From assembly GCF_030028105.1 (NCBI RefSeq), contig NC_092377.1:96106865-96170864 (forward strand): a DNA stretch of 64,000 bases, given 5' to 3'. This document shows, one piece after another, positions 39,971-53,346 of the stretch; position 1 is the stretch's first letter; each line of letters starts with the position of its first letter. The DNA comes from Mobula birostris. Its lineage: Eukaryota. The notes under the pieces are model-generated. The model saw nothing but the letters and a program-made list of their open reading frames with translations, did no database searches and had not been told where the DNA came from. A program made the translations under genes and the position numbers.

Positions 39971-40749
39971 AAAGACTCGCAATGCTGGTAACACACTGAT
40001 TTGGAAATATATTGTTAATCTTTTTTATCACCACTGAACATTATCTTAGAACTTTCTACCTGACAGTCTTGTATATCACTACCACCATAACCTCAGCATT
40101 TATAGAAGTAACTAACTGCTGATTTCTCCAGGACTCTTAATTGGAAACCATGTCACTGATTCCTCTGCCCCACAGGTTAATTTAAAAGGAAGTATTTGCA
40201 GAATTGAATTATGTCATATTTATGCTTGACATGATTCCCTTTTCACTCCTCTCTGTCTAATCCCATCAATATAATTTCTGCATATTATGGGAATCAAAGG
40301 ATGTGAGGATGGTGTGGAAAAATGGTACTGAGGTAGAAGGTTAGCTGAGATCTCACTGAGTGAAGGCGCAACTCTAAGGATCTATTCTTACGTTTTAATC
40401 CTTTCTCCCCTCATAGGTTTATTTGATTCATGTTAAATACAACTATGCTGTTCATCTAAATATCTTGTAAAGAAGTCCAAAATATAACCACCCTCTTGGC
40501 CAGGTTGGGGCAATGAAACATTAGATTGGATTTTTCGTGCCGAAGTCTTTGCTGTGGAACTTGAAGTTCACAACATTCTGACACAGAGGAATACTCAGTG
40601 AGCCAGTTAGAGAGAGCGGTGAAGGAACAGCAGATTATCTTGAATACACCGTCAGCTTGGAAAGCGATTCAGGAGAATGGAGAGCTACTGACAGGCCTAG
40701 CAATAATCAATAACTGCAATCATTGATTTGGTTGAGAATATACAAGGCA

Positions 40750-41570
40750 AAGCTAGAAAATGTGCAGACGACACTAAAATTGGTGGTGTTATTGACAGTG
40801 AAGATGGTTATCAAGAATTAAAGCGGGATCTTAATCAACTGGGTAAGTGGACCAATGCAAGGGAAATAGAGTTTAATTCTGATAAGTATTTGTGAAGACA
40901 AGTGAGGGCAGGACTTTCACAGCAAGTGACAGAGCCTTGGGGAATGTTGTAGAGCACAGCATGTTAAGGATACAAGTACGTGGTTCTCTGAAAGTGGATG
41001 TCACAGAGAAACAGGACGATGAAGAAGGCTTTTGATCTGCTCGCCTTCATTGTTCCGGGCATTGATTATAGAAGTTGAGAAGTCCTGTTGCAGTTGTACA
41101 AGACGTTGATGAGGCTGCATTTCGAATGTTGGGTTCAGTGCTGGTTACCCTGTGAGAGGAAGAATGCCATTAAGCTGGTAGGAATGCATTTACAAGGACG
41201 TTGCTAAGACTCAAGGTCAGAGTTACGGAGAAAGGTTAAGCAGGCAGGGACTTTATTCCTAGGAGAATGAGAAGAGATTTTATAGAGGTGTTTAAAACCA
41301 TGAGGGGTATAAATAGGGTGAATGCGCACAGTATTTCTTCTCAGGGTTGAAGAATCAAGAACAGAGGAACCTGAGGGGCAAAATTCTCATCCGTAGGGTG
41401 GTCAGTACAAGGAACAAACTGCCAGAGCAAGCGGTTGAAACAAATAGGCAGGCACTTCAGCAACATTTAAAAGATACTTGGAAAACACATGGATGGGAAA
41501 GCTTTGGAGGGATATGGGCAAAACACAGGCAGCTGGGACTAATTTATATAGCATCTTGGTTGGCATGATG
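40750..41570 (+). mobile_element. CR1 LINE 3' fragment
   Basis: ADDTKIGG motif at about 40765 and CR1 3' tail. Confidence 0.75.
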
Positions 41571-42959
41571 GCTCTACCTTCCCCTCTCTCTCCTTCATTG
41601 GTCCTGGGATGTCCCCTGAGTTTTGTTTTACCTAAATCTGGTACTTGCAGAGATTTGGAAAAGCAAGTGGGAGTTTCTAGTCCTGAGCCATTGGCACCTC
41701 ATCAATTCCTTCTGTCTACCACTGGTGCACTGTGGGTGTGAATTGAACTATTTGCAACATATAAACAGGTAGCCACAGAAGTTCTCTGCAAGCACGTGAC
41801 TTCTACCACCAAGAAGGACAAAGGGCCTCTGCTTTAGGTTCACCTACAAGTGGCCACACCCTGGCACACTGGTTTGATAGCTGGGCTAAACCAGATTAGG
41901 GCAGCCCCATATCCCAGTGAGATAGGGATATTCCTATCCTAGCATGCAAGGTCAGCTACAGCAGACTTGGTGGACGAGATCAACAGTGAGATGCAACGGC
42001 TAGGAAGGCAATTCTGCAACACTTCGTAGAGAGTGAAGGGCATGGCAAGGCACAGAAGTCGTGGTGATCCACTGCAACCAAGGAAGGCCTCAGATGCGAT
42101 GTACCACTAGACCCCAGACTTCCGAGATTGAGAGAGCGGAACTGCCCCAGTACAATGGCTTTCCCGCTTTAAAGCTCACCCGCACAGGTTTTCGCTGTCA
42201 TTGTTGGACACAACAGACAACAGATCATCAATGCTCACAAACCCAAACTGTGTAAACAAAATAAAGTTCTGAATAGATTTTATATACGAGTAGGTTTTTC
42301 TCAACCCAAATCAGTTGTGTACATTTAAAGGTCTTGGAGCACTGATCTGTGCACAAAATCACCAAGTTGCAAGTGTAAAACTGTACTTCTATTTAATAAG
42401 TAAAAATATCACAAAACAGGGTGTCCAAGCAACAATATTTGCTTTTATTCAAGCAGGACACCAATAGACTTGCCTGAAGTGAGACCGAGGTACTGTAGTT
42501 ATCCTCAGAAATTCAGATCAGCTACATGGTTGAAATATTTTTGTGATTACTTTTCTGCTTCTCAGTTAACTTCACGTTATGTTCTTCCATTGTGCAAGGG
42601 CACGGTTAGCTCATCACTTCTACAGTGCCTGTGATCACTGGCTGAGGCAGCATCTGTGAAAAGAAAAGGAGTTAATATTTCAGGCTGAAGTACCCAAAAC
42701 ATTTTTCCTGGCTCTCCCAGAATACATGGTAAATTTATTATCAAAGTATATATACATATGTCATTACTTGAGATTCATTTTCTCGTGGGCATACTATAAC
42801 CATAACAAAATCAATAAAAGACTACACCAACTTGGGTTTTCAACCAGTGTGTAAAAGTGTGTAAATACAAAAAGAAATAAAGTATTATAATAAATAAGCA
42901 ATAAATATCAAGAACGTCAGAGACAGAGTCCTTGAAGGTGAGTCCATAGGTTGTGGGAG

Positions 42960-43890
42960 TATTTCAATGATGGGCAAGTGAAGTTATTCCCTTTGGTTCA
43001 AGATCCTGATAGTTGAGGGGTAATAACTTTTCTAGAACCTGGTGGTGTGAGTCTTGAGGCTCCTGTACCTTCTTCCGAATGGCAGCAGTGAGAAGAGAGC
43101 ATGTTCTGAGTGGTGGGGGTCCTTGATGATGGATGCTGCTCTCCTGCAACAGCGCTCCTTGGAGATGTGCTCAAAGTGGGGAGGGCTTTACCCGTGATAG
43201 GTTGGGCTGTATCCACTACTTTTTGTTGGATTTTCCATTCAAGGGCATTGGTGTTTCCATTACCAGGCTGTGATGCAGCCAGTCAATATACATCCACCAC
43301 ACATCTGCAGTATAGATGTTTGTCAAAGTTTTAGATGTCATGCTGTATCTTCACAAACTCCTGAGGAGGTTGAGGTGCTGCTGTGCTTTCTTCGTAATTG
43401 TACTTAAGTGCTGGGCCCAGGACAAACAGGTCCTCTGAAATGATAACACCGAGGAATTCTAAGTTGGTGACTCTCCCCACCGCTGATCCTCTGTTGAGGA
43501 CTGGCTCATGGATCTCCAGTTTCCTCCTTCTGAATTCAATAATCAGTTCCTTGGTCTTGTTGGTATTGAGTAAGAGGTTGTTGTGGCACCACTCAGCCAG
43601 ATTTTCAACCTCCATCCCATAAACTGATTTGTCAACGCCTTTGATTCAGCCTACAACAGTGCTGCCATCTGCAAACCTGAATATGGCATTGGAGCAGAGC
43701 TTAGCCACACAGTCATGAGTGCAAAGCGGGTAGAGCAGGGGGCTGAGCACACAGCCTTGTGGTGTGCCTGTGCTAATGGAGATTGTGGAGGAGATGTTGT
43801 TGCCAATTCAAACTGACTGCGGTCTGCAAGTGAGGAAACTGAGGATCCAATTGCACGTGGAGGAATTGAGGTCTAGGTCTTGAAGCATGG
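42960..43890 (-). mobile_element. Rex/L2-type LINE RT fragment
   Basis: EVENLAEWCHNNLLLNTNKTKELIIEFRR. Confidence 0.8.
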
Positions 43891-46078
43891 GTGCTGCCTG
43901 GCTTGCTGAATGCTTCCAGAATTTTCTGTAATTATCTCCCAAATTCTAGCTTCCATATGGAAAGATGTTCTCACAACATCCAGACTATTAAGACCTCTAG
44001 AATACATCTCAATTTTGGAGCAGCCATTGTGAGAGTGGTCAACCGAGTGGGGAGCTGAGGCTTTGGCTTAAGAGGCTTCGGTGTGAAGAGTCTGAGTAAG
44101 TGGCCCAGGTTTCAGGAGTGAGAGTGGATCTTTAAAGTCTTCAGTGAAAAGGTAAGGTCTTATTTTGTTGACTCAGCGTAGGCGGGATGGTAGTTAGGGC
44201 AGCAGAATTCTCCTTCTGCAAGTTGTGGGAAGTTAAGGAACCTCATGGGCTCCCAGTGTCTACATCTGTGGGAAGTGCATCCAGCTGCAGCTCCTGATTG
44301 ACCAGGTAATGGAAATGCAGCAAGAGTTAGATATACTCAGGATCATCCAGGAAGCTGGCAGCTGTCAGAGATGATACATCTACTGAGGAGGTCACACCTG
44401 AGATACAGTCTTCAGATAGATGGGCGACTACCAGGAGAGGGGGAGAAGGGAATCTGTTCAGGCTTCATCGGTGGCCATTCCTTCACTAGCAGGTATCCGT
44501 CCTCGGATATTGCTCAAGCGGCATTCCCTTTCAGGGGCTAGCAGCAATAATCAGATCTCTGGCACTGTCACCAGCACTCAGGCTCAGTGGGAAAGGGTAC
44601 AGTCAGACAGGAGACTTGACAGAGGAGGAGACAAGCAGGAGGTTCTGTGGCCACAGAAGAGATGCCAGGACAGTGTGTTGCCCTCTGAGTGCCAGTGCCA
44701 AGAATGCCCCCAGGCGGCTGCCGAAAACTCTCCTGCATCAAGAGGTTATGTACACGTTGGTACAGACGGATGAGGTAGAACTAGGGATCAGGTCGTGTAA
44801 AAGCAGTATAGGAAGTTAGGTACAAAGTTAAAAAGCAGGACCACAAGGGTAGTGATCTGCTGATAATTACTGGTGCCACATGGTGGCGAGGGCTGAAATA
44901 GAAGGATAGGGCAGATGAATTTGTGGCTGAGGATTTGTGTGGGGGGGCGGGGGGGGCAGGACCATTGAGATCTCTTCTGGGGCAGAGGTAATCTATACAG
45001 GGGGACCAGTTGCATGTGAACCAGAGAGGAGCCAGTATCCCAGATTGGCAGGGTGAGGGTTGGGGGGCGGGGGTAGGTAGTGGATGGTGGGACTCTGAGC
45101 AGGACTAAGTCAAAGGATAAAGCAGTAGCCAGCGAGAGTAAGTTTACTAATCACAATAGCAAGGACTCAGTAAAAGCAGGCAATCTGCATTTATCTCAAT
45201 ACATGAGGTTTACCAATTAAGGCAGACAAACCAAGAGCATGGATTGGTTCTCAGGATGGGATGTTACAGCCGTAAGAGAAACATGGCTGAAAGAAGGGCA
45301 GGACTGGCAGTCAACATTTCAGGATACAGAAGCCAAAGAGTGACTAAGCTACAGGTAAGTAAGGAGTGGGTGATGCCTTTTTGATTAGGGAGGGTGTAAC
45401 AGTAGTATTTAGAGATTATATTCTTGAGGGATCATCCGGTGAAGCCATATGGGTAGGGGAGAGATGCTCTTGTGGTGCTGTTTCATAGAACCCCTTTCTT
45501 CCCTCCTCCTCCAACACACACACAGGTATATAGAGAAACTGCTCATAGCTGTAAGAATAATAGGGCTGTATTAGTGGGAGATTTTAATTTCCCTGGTATT
45601 GACAGGACCACCCAGATTGTAATGGGCCTGGATGGGGAGGAGATTGTGAAATGCATTGAAGAAAGTTTTAAAACTAAAAGTTTCCAGAGTCAGTATCTAC
45701 TTGAGAGGGTGCAATAATGTACGTCCTCTTAGGGTACAAGGCACAGCAAGTAATTGAAGAGGCAGTCAAGAAGCACTTTGGCTCAAAAGGTGATAGCTCC
45801 ACTATTTTTTAAATAGTGCTGGAAAATGATAAGCCAGATCCATAGGTTAGAGAGCTAAACTGAAACAGGGCTAATTTGTGGGGAATTAAGCAGAATCTAG
45901 CAGAGGTCAATGGGGGAGCCTGTTTGAAGGGAAAGGAATGAATGGGTGACCGGAAGCTTTCAAGAGTGTGATATCAAGTGGTCAGGAGCAACACGTTCCT
46001 GTTAGACTGAAGGGTAAACTGGACAAGTTTGGGGAATCTTGGCTGATGAATGTTATCGTGGCTCTAGACAAGAAAAAC

Positions 46079-47300
46079 TTAAAGATTTTGTGATCTATTT
46101 TTGGATAATTGTTTCATGTCTTTTTAACAATTATCTAATAAATATAATTTGCCGAGATCCCATTTCTTTAGATATTTACAGATTAGAAATTTTAAAAATA
46201 CTGTTCTTCCTACCTTCCCGAATTTATATTCATCGAATATTTTGGAAAAAAATTTAAGTTTAGATCCTTTTCAGAAAAGTGTAATAGCAAACATTTATAA
46301 TATAATTATGAAAATACGTCCAGACGTAACTAATAAAGTCAAGAGTGATTGGGAAGGGGGAACTTAAGATTACTTTACCTATTGAAAAATGGGAAAAAAT
46401 TCTTCAATTAGTTAATTCATCCTCTATATGTGCTAAACATGCGTTGGTACAGTTTAAAGTAGTGCATATGGCTCATATGTCTAAAGATAAATTATCTCGT
46501 TCTTACTCTCATATAAATCCTATATGTGATAGATGTCACTCTGAGATATCTTCTTTAACTCATATGTTTTGGTCATGTCTTTTTTTAAAAAAATGCTGGA
46601 AAAATATCTTTGATATTACTGTATTTCAACTGTTTTGAGTATTGATTTACAACCCCACCCTATTACTGCAATTTTTGGTTTACCAATGATAGAACCAAAT
46701 CTTTTAACATCTTCAGCTCGTCGGATGATTTCATTTCTTACACCAATGGCCAGAAGATCCATTTTGCTGAATTGGAAAGAGATCAATCCCCCCACCCACA
46801 TTTCATTGGTTCTCTCAAACTGTGTTGTGTTTAAACTTAGAAAAAAATAGAGATGTTATTTATGATCCCTCTATTAAATTTGAAAAGACTTGGAGGTCAT
46901 TTATTCAACACTTCCATATGATGTAATTTGACCTTCTCCAAACTTATTCTATTTCTTTTCAGTCTATGTTGAGGGGAGCGGAGTCAACAACACTAATGGT
47001 TCTTTTTTTTATGTTTCACAACAGCCCATGTCTTTTTTTTCTGTAGTTTAGTTGGTTAGTCTTGTTAGATTAGCTTTTTTTGGGGGGTATATATATTTTT
47101 TTTCTTTTTTCCTTTTTCATGTTAATTTGTTTATATATAATATTTGTACCCTGTAAGATTGGGAGGTTTAATATCTATGTACTAACTGGGTTTATATTTA
47201 TATATGATAATTACAACAATGTAATCCCAATAACTTTGTATGATTACTATGTTACATTAATCTTTATCATTACGATACTAATAAAACGATTGAAAAAGAA
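46079..47300 (+). mobile_element. L1-clade LINE, 5'-truncated, 13-bp TSD
   Basis: CDRCHSEISSLTHMFWSC zinc knuckle; AATAAA 47280-47285; AGACAAGAAAAAC duplicated at 46066-46078 and 47301-47313. Confidence 0.88.
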
Positions 47301-47445
47301 AGACAAGAAAAACAAGGAAGCATACATTAGGTTCAGATGGTCTAGGACAAGCAAACCCTTTGCTAAATATAAAAATGCACTGAAGGGCAAAATCAGGAGG
47401 GCAAACAGAGGGTATACGCTAGATCTGGCAGGTAGTAAGGAAATT

Positions 47446-47752
47446 GTGTTGGCGTGTGGCCAAGTGGTTAAGGTGTTCGTCTGGTGATTTGAAGGTCGCT
47501 AGTTCGAGCCTTGGCTGAGGCAGCATGTTGTGTCCTTGAGCAAGGCACTTAACCACCCATTGCTCTGCGACGACACTGGTGCCAAACTGTATCGGCCCTA
47601 CTGCCCTTCCCTTGGACAACATCGGTGGCGTGGAGAGGGGAGACTTGCAGCATGGGCAACTGCTGGTCTTCCATACAACCTTGCTCAGGCCTGCGCCCTG
47701 GAAACTTTCCAAGGCGCAAATCCATAGTCTTACGAGACTAACAGATGCCTAT
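47446..47752 (+). mobile_element. tRNA-derived SINE with CORE-like domain, 10-bp TSD
   Basis: A box TGGCCAAGTGG, B box GTTCGAGCC, TGTGTCCTTGAGCAAGGCACTTAACC; TAAGGAAATT duplicated at 47436-47445 and 47753-47762. Confidence 0.85.
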
Positions 47753-48079
47753 TAAGGAAATTCCAAGGGGTTCTATAGCTATAGTAAGATTAGAAGGGTG
47801 GCTACAGAGGGAGCAAGTCTACCTACGTCTTGAGTCACAGGAGGTGTGCGGGTATTTTAATGAATATTTCACCTTGGTATTTGCTGAGGAGAAAGTCATG
47901 GTGGCTCAGAGATAAAGGAAACAAGTGGTGACGTTTTGGAGGACATTCAAATTAGGCATTTGGAATTTCACTGCACAGTAAGGTGGATAGATCCCTGGGG
48001 CCTGAGCAAGTGCATCATTTGACTACGTGGGAGGCTAGAGAGGAAATAGGGCAGCCACTTGTGGAGATCTGTCTTTTAG

Positions 48080-48372
48080 AGAAGGAATCCTGCTGTCTTT
48101 ACCTGGTCTGGCCTATATGTAACTCCAGACCCACAGCAACGTGGTTGACTCTGAAATGGCCTAGCAAACCATTCAGTTGTATCCAACTGCTAAAAAGAAA
48201 ATAATAAGGAATGAACCTGGACAGACAACCCCACATCGACCTACACCTCGGGGACTGCAGCGGTTCAAGAAGGCAGCTCATCACCATCTTCTCAAGGGCA
48301 ACTAGGGATGGGCAATAAATGCTGGCTTAGCTGATGACACTCACGTCCTGTAAGTGAATAAATAAAAAAAAA
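48080..48372 (+). mobile_element. SINE 3' half, possibly SacSINE1/DeuSINE-like
   Basis: cctggtctggcctatatgtaactccagaccc...ggactgcagcggttcaagaaggcagctca...A-tail; family recognised from memory only. Confidence 0.5.
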
Positions 48373-49979
48373 GGTAGACAGGGTGGTGACAAAACCATTT
48401 AGCATGCTGGCCTTCATCAGGTAGGGAATTGGGACATTTGCTGGAGTTGTACAAGTCATTAGTGAGGTCCATTGTAGAGCTTTAGTCACCCTGTTAGAAG
48501 ACAGATGTGGTTTAACAGGAGAGTGCAGAATAAATTTACAACAATGTCGCCAGGACTAGAGGGAATGAGTTATATGGAGAGATTGGTCTTTATTCCTTGG
48601 GATGTAGGAGAGTTAGGAGCAACCTTAGAGAAATGTTTAAAATTATGAGCCATAAATAAGGCAGATGGCAACTGTCTTTTCCCCCAGAGTACAGGAGTCC
48701 AAAACTAGGGTGTGTAGATTTAGGCTGAGTGGGGTAAGATTTAAAAAGGACTGAGGGGAAACTTTTTCCACACAGAGGGTGGTGAGTTTATGGTACATGC
48801 TGCCAGGGGAAGTGGTTGAGGCAGGAACAATAATATCATTTAAGAAGTACATTGATAGGGCAGGTCTTAGACAGATACGGGCTGAAGGTAAGAAATGGGG
48901 ACTAGCTGGGTTGGCATAGACTTGTCGGGCTGAAGGGCCTGTATGCACTATATTGTTCTATGATTCCACAATCACCTACCTTGCTTCTAAACTCTAATGA
49001 AGGATAAACCCTCTCAACTTCTGCACTTCATCCCAGAAATCAATCTGGCAACTGGATCAACCTGAAATCTATCCTTCAGCACACTATGTTGTATCATGCC
49101 AATTAAGCTAATGATGTCTAATTAAACCTTTTCCCACTCAAAGTAAACTATATCAAAATGTTTTTTGCTACCATATGCCATCTTGAGATTTATTTTCTTG
49201 CAGTTATTTACAGGAAAATAAAGAAATACAAAGAATTTATGGGAAAAAACTATACACCAAGACTGACAAACAACCAATGTGCAAGATGAGCAAATAGTAC
49301 TGAGAACATGAGTTGGAGAGGCCTTGAAAATGAGCTTGTACGTTAGTGGGTTCAGCTGAGAGTTGAGGTGAGTGAAGTTATCCACTCTGGCTCAGGAGTC
49401 TGATGGTTGAAGGGTGATAATTGTTCTTGAACCTGGTGGTGTGAGACTTAAGGCTCCTGTACCTCCTGCCTAATGGTAGCAATGAGAAGAGTTTGGCCTG
49501 GATGCTGCTTTCTTGTGACAGCACTTTGGGAGGGCTTTGTCTGTGATGGACTAGTCAGCATTTGGTCCATATTCTTCTATTTTCTGCATATTCCTGTGCT
49601 TATCCATGGGCCTCAAACGCCACCACCACATTCACTACCATCCTGGCAGCACATTTCAGGTATTCAACACTGTGTTAAAAAAACTTGCCTTGCTCATCTT
49701 TTTTGAACACTACGTTGAATGCATGCTCCCTAGTGTTAGATATTTCAACTCTGGGGAAAAGGACACATGCTGTAAGACTCTCTGATTGATCGTAAAGCAT
49801 CCCACCATCAACCTATAGTCTGAGTTATCCAAATATTTTTGCTTCTCCTTTTTATCCTGCGTTTCTGTTAAGACATAGACAACTAAATGATAATACTGCA
49901 TCTCTGTGCACGTTGCATTCCGGTTCACTATTAGTAATAAACCCCTGGTTCTGAAGAAAATTCACCCACAGGAAGCAGT

Positions 49980-50520
49980 AGCTGTGGCACTGGGGCGATG
50001 ATTCCGCTTCGCTTGGGTCTGCCTGTGAGTGATGTTCTCCGCGCTCGGTTGTTCGTGACTGGGATCGCATTCTCGGCATTCGGCTGCCCGGGCCTCGGTT
50101 GCTATGGTGACGGGCCGGGTTTTCCAGGCCGCAGTATGTCTACGGCGTCCAAGGTGGCCCTCGGCGTTTCCGCGGTGCTGACAGCGGGGACGGTGGCCGG
50201 GGTTCACCTCAAGCAAAAGCTGGAGAGGGAGGTGATTGCGAGGCGCCGAGGAGGGCGGGGTCGGAGTGCTGCCCCGAGGTGGAGCTGCGGGCCTTGCGCC
50301 CGACCGTGCCCAGTGCGGGCTAGGCCCCGGGGAAGGAGACGGGTGGGGCGGGGACGGGACTGGTGCGCGCGGGTGGGGGAGAGTGTACCCCGGCACGTGC
50401 GGCCCAGGAGCGCGCCGCCCCTCCCCTCCCCCCCATCGGCGCAAGAATCGGTCAAAGGTCACCCAGGAAGATCCGCCAAGGCCTCCAGGCTCAGGAGTTT
50501 GTCTCACCGGCGCACCCATG
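49980..50520. promoter_or_regulatory. CpG island promoter of PET117 (probably shared with KAT14), with an RFX X-box-like motif GTTGCTATGGTGAC at 50098-50111
   Basis: Very GC/CpG-rich block around PET117 exon 1; no second CpG island is seen before the KAT14 ATG. Confidence 0.75.
50136..50231 (+). CDS. PET117: PET117 cytochrome c oxidase chaperone, coding exon 1
   Basis: MSTASKVALGVSAVLTAGTVAGVHLKQKLERE, donor GTGATT; 96 nt, phase 0. Resembles PET117 N-terminus (SKVVLGLSVLLTAATVAGVH). Confidence 0.93.
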
Positions 50521-52344
50521 CTCAGTGTCTGCCTGACAGGTTGCTGCAAAGCCCATCTCACGGCATTGCAATCCCTTCCCCATTGGTTGAGTGGAATGCT
50601 AAAGAAGGGGTGTCATTTGTCTCCTCTGCTTGCATAGGTTCACGTTGTAGCTCGCATGCGTTTCCCCTGGGTGTTCCTGTGGCAAATGTAATGGAATACC
50701 GTTGGAAGTGGTATCTAGCTTGAAGGAGATGAAAGATTTGCTTCATTTGTCACATGCACAGTGAAATGCGCCATTTTGAGTCAGTGATCATCAGAATCCG
50801 ATGATTGTGCTGGGGGCAGCCCACCAGTGTCACCACGCTTCCAGTGTCAACATAGCATGCCCTTTGCTAACCTTAACATACGAGTCTTTGGAACACGTGA
50901 GGAAACCAGAGCACCTGGGGGAAACCCACATTCGGAGCGTACAAACTGCAGCGGGAATTGAATCCCAAGCTTACAGCTATGTCCTGATGGTGTTACATTA
51001 ACCACTACCCTAACTGTGTATTTGATTTGGAAAATCAACATCTTGCTGTAGAATCTGTCTGCATTCATAATTTGCCTTTTGTTTTGGGGGTCGTGTGTTA
51101 GGATTTGTAATGTAGTTGTTTAAACCCTTGGGAATACACTTTCCTTACATTTGTTAGTTGATCTCGAGTGGGATTTTCAGTAAAACGGCAGGGAAGGTGC
51201 ATCTGGATATTTACACCAGGCTGCGTTCACACTGCTGAGGAATCTCGGGTTATTGTGAAGGATAGGGAAAGGGGAACCCAGATGACTACTGTTAACTACC
51301 CCTTGGTGTAGATTAATAAGATGCATCAAAAGATGGGCTCGAATGAGAAAATAAGATGCAGAGGGAAATAAGGGGAGAGGGCTTGGATCTCATGGCATTG
51401 TGCGCCAGAGAGTTTGCATGGACCCGATGGGCTGAATGGCTGCCATCTATTATGATTATAATATAAGTAATGCACAGAGTAAAGAAATCAATCAATATGA
51501 TATACTTCCCTTCTATTGATCGTCATGGCTAACCCTCGAGGTCGAGGATGATGGTCTTCGTTCTGTTGATCTACTTATGGGCTCTCAAGTGGCTTATGAG
51601 TCCAATCTTGGCTTTGAAAGTTCTATGGATAAGGACTTTCAGAAAGATGGAGCAGGAGTCTGACCAGAGATGGGAGGAGGAGGGGAAGCATGCCGCAGTG
51701 GGTCACAGAGCATCTGTAAATACAGTGCCAGCACGAGGTACATCTTGAACCAGCCTGGTTGGATGCTGGAGAGGTCACAGGGAGAATGTACAAACCAATT
51801 GCAGAAGTGGAACCCTGATGAGAGATTGCCGGTGGGGTGAAGTGATGGCACTAATCGCTATGCTACCACACTGCCTATTAGAGCATGAGAGGGAACAGTT
51901 TACTCCAGGCATCCTTGGATGTGTGGAAGGTTTGGGTACTGCTCCTGCAGCCATCTTTATTGGAATGATAATGTACCTTCTTCAGACGTTTGATGTTTCA
52001 TTTTAAGCAGGAGTTTAAGTACTATCACTGCTTTTTCCAGCTTTCCAATTAGAAATAGAAGCAGGATCAGGGTATAAGGTCCCTTGTTTCTGCTTCAAAA
52101 TTCAAAAACATCCTGACTTATCCTCTACCTTATCCATTTTCTAATCTGATATCCTGTCTCTCTTCATTTTCTGAACACCTCTTGGTTTTGTATATTAACG
52201 ACAGCAAAACCTTGGACAAAGCATGCACGCACGGTCGTAGGAGGGTAAACTGAATGATCACATCTCTGGACTCCGAACCTCAAGCCTTCAGTTGTTTGAG
52301 AATTTAGGATGTCCTTGCCTCAAGCTTTCATTTTTTAAGAAATT

Positions 52345-52945
52345 AATGCAACTTTTACTTTATTGTCGCCAAACAATTGATACTAGAGCGTACAATCATC
52401 ACAGTGATATTTGATTCTGCGCCTCGCGCTCCCTGGATTACAAATCGATAGTAAATGTTAAAAATTAAAATTATAAATCATAAATAGAAAATAGAAAAGC
52501 GAAAGTAAGGTAGTGCAAAAAAAAAACGAGATGCAGGTCTGGATATTTGGAGGGTGCGGCCCAGATCCGAGTTAGGATCTGTTCAGCAGTCTTATCACAG
52601 TTGGAAAGAAACTGTTCCCAAATCTGGCCGTACTAGTCTTCTAGCTCCTGAGCCTTCTCCCGGAGGGAAGAGGGACGAAAAGTGTGTTGGCTGGGTGGGT
52701 CGTGTCCTTGATTATCCTGGCAGCTCCGACAGCGTGCGGTGTAAAGTGAGTCCAAGGATGGAGGATTGGTTTGTGTGATGTGCTGGGTTGTGTTCACAAT
52801 CTTCTACAGTTTCTTCCGGTCTTGGACAGGACAACTTCCATACCAGGTTGTGATGCACCCTAGAAGAATGCTTTCTACGGTGCATCTATAAAAACTAGTG
52901 AGGGTTTTAGGGGACAGGCCAAATTTCTTTAGCTTTCTCAGGAAA
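52345..52945 (-). mobile_element. Rex/L2-type LINE 3' end in PET117 intron
   Basis: Minus-strand coding remnant (FYRCTVESIL..ITTWYG) and AATAAA tail. Confidence 0.7.
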
Positions 52946-53016
52946 CTTTAGATATTAATAGTTTTGCTGACTTTTAAATGTCGCCATTAGGCTAAATCCC
53001 TTTTTATTTTCTGCAG

Positions 53017-53181
53017 AGATTGCGAGAAGGGGTTTACAGGGATCTTGAACGACAGCAACGCAAGAAAGAAAACATTCGGATACTAGAAGAACAGATTAGT
53101 CTGACAAAGAAGCTGGAAGCTGATCGACTCAAGCAAAGTCCCTTGGCTTCTGGAAGTTCCCAACAAACCAGAATGAAATAG
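53017..53181 (+). CDS. PET117: PET117 coding exon 2
   Basis: Acceptor tttttattttctgcag; RLREGVYRDLERQQRKKENIRILEEQISLTKKLEADRLKQSPLASGSSQQTRMK* (TAG 53179-53181); total 86 aa. Confidence 0.93.
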   Translation, partial: RLREGVYRDLERQQRKKENIRILEEQISLTKKLEADRLKQSPLASGSSQQTRMK

Positions 53182-53346
53182 CCTGTTTTATTCTCTAATG
53201 TGAATTGTCTTAATTGATGATGGATATTTTCCTTTATGGTGGGAAAAACACAGAATTAATTAATGAAATAGTTAATAACAAAACTGCTCCTTAGCTATTA
53301 GATGAATCTACCCTTTTAAGCTTTTCTGTGCCAGAAGTTTTTTGCG

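Larger units (their letters stand above)
44015..48965 (+). mobile_element. Long decayed CR1 LINE (ORF1 zinc finger/esterase + ORF2 remnants) hosting nested insertions
   Basis: YICGKCIQLQLL at about 44260; VHVGTD; VLVGDFNFPGID; CR1 3' tail near 48900. Confidence 0.7.

Noticed and set aside
47446-47520. tRNA gene
   Set aside because: A/B boxes belong to a TSD-flanked SINE; same reading for 56095-56292.
49998-50723. 241-aa ORF and overlapping antisense ORFs
   Set aside because: PET117 exon 1 plus GC-rich UTR/intron run-through; low-complexity Arg/Pro/Gly outside the exon.
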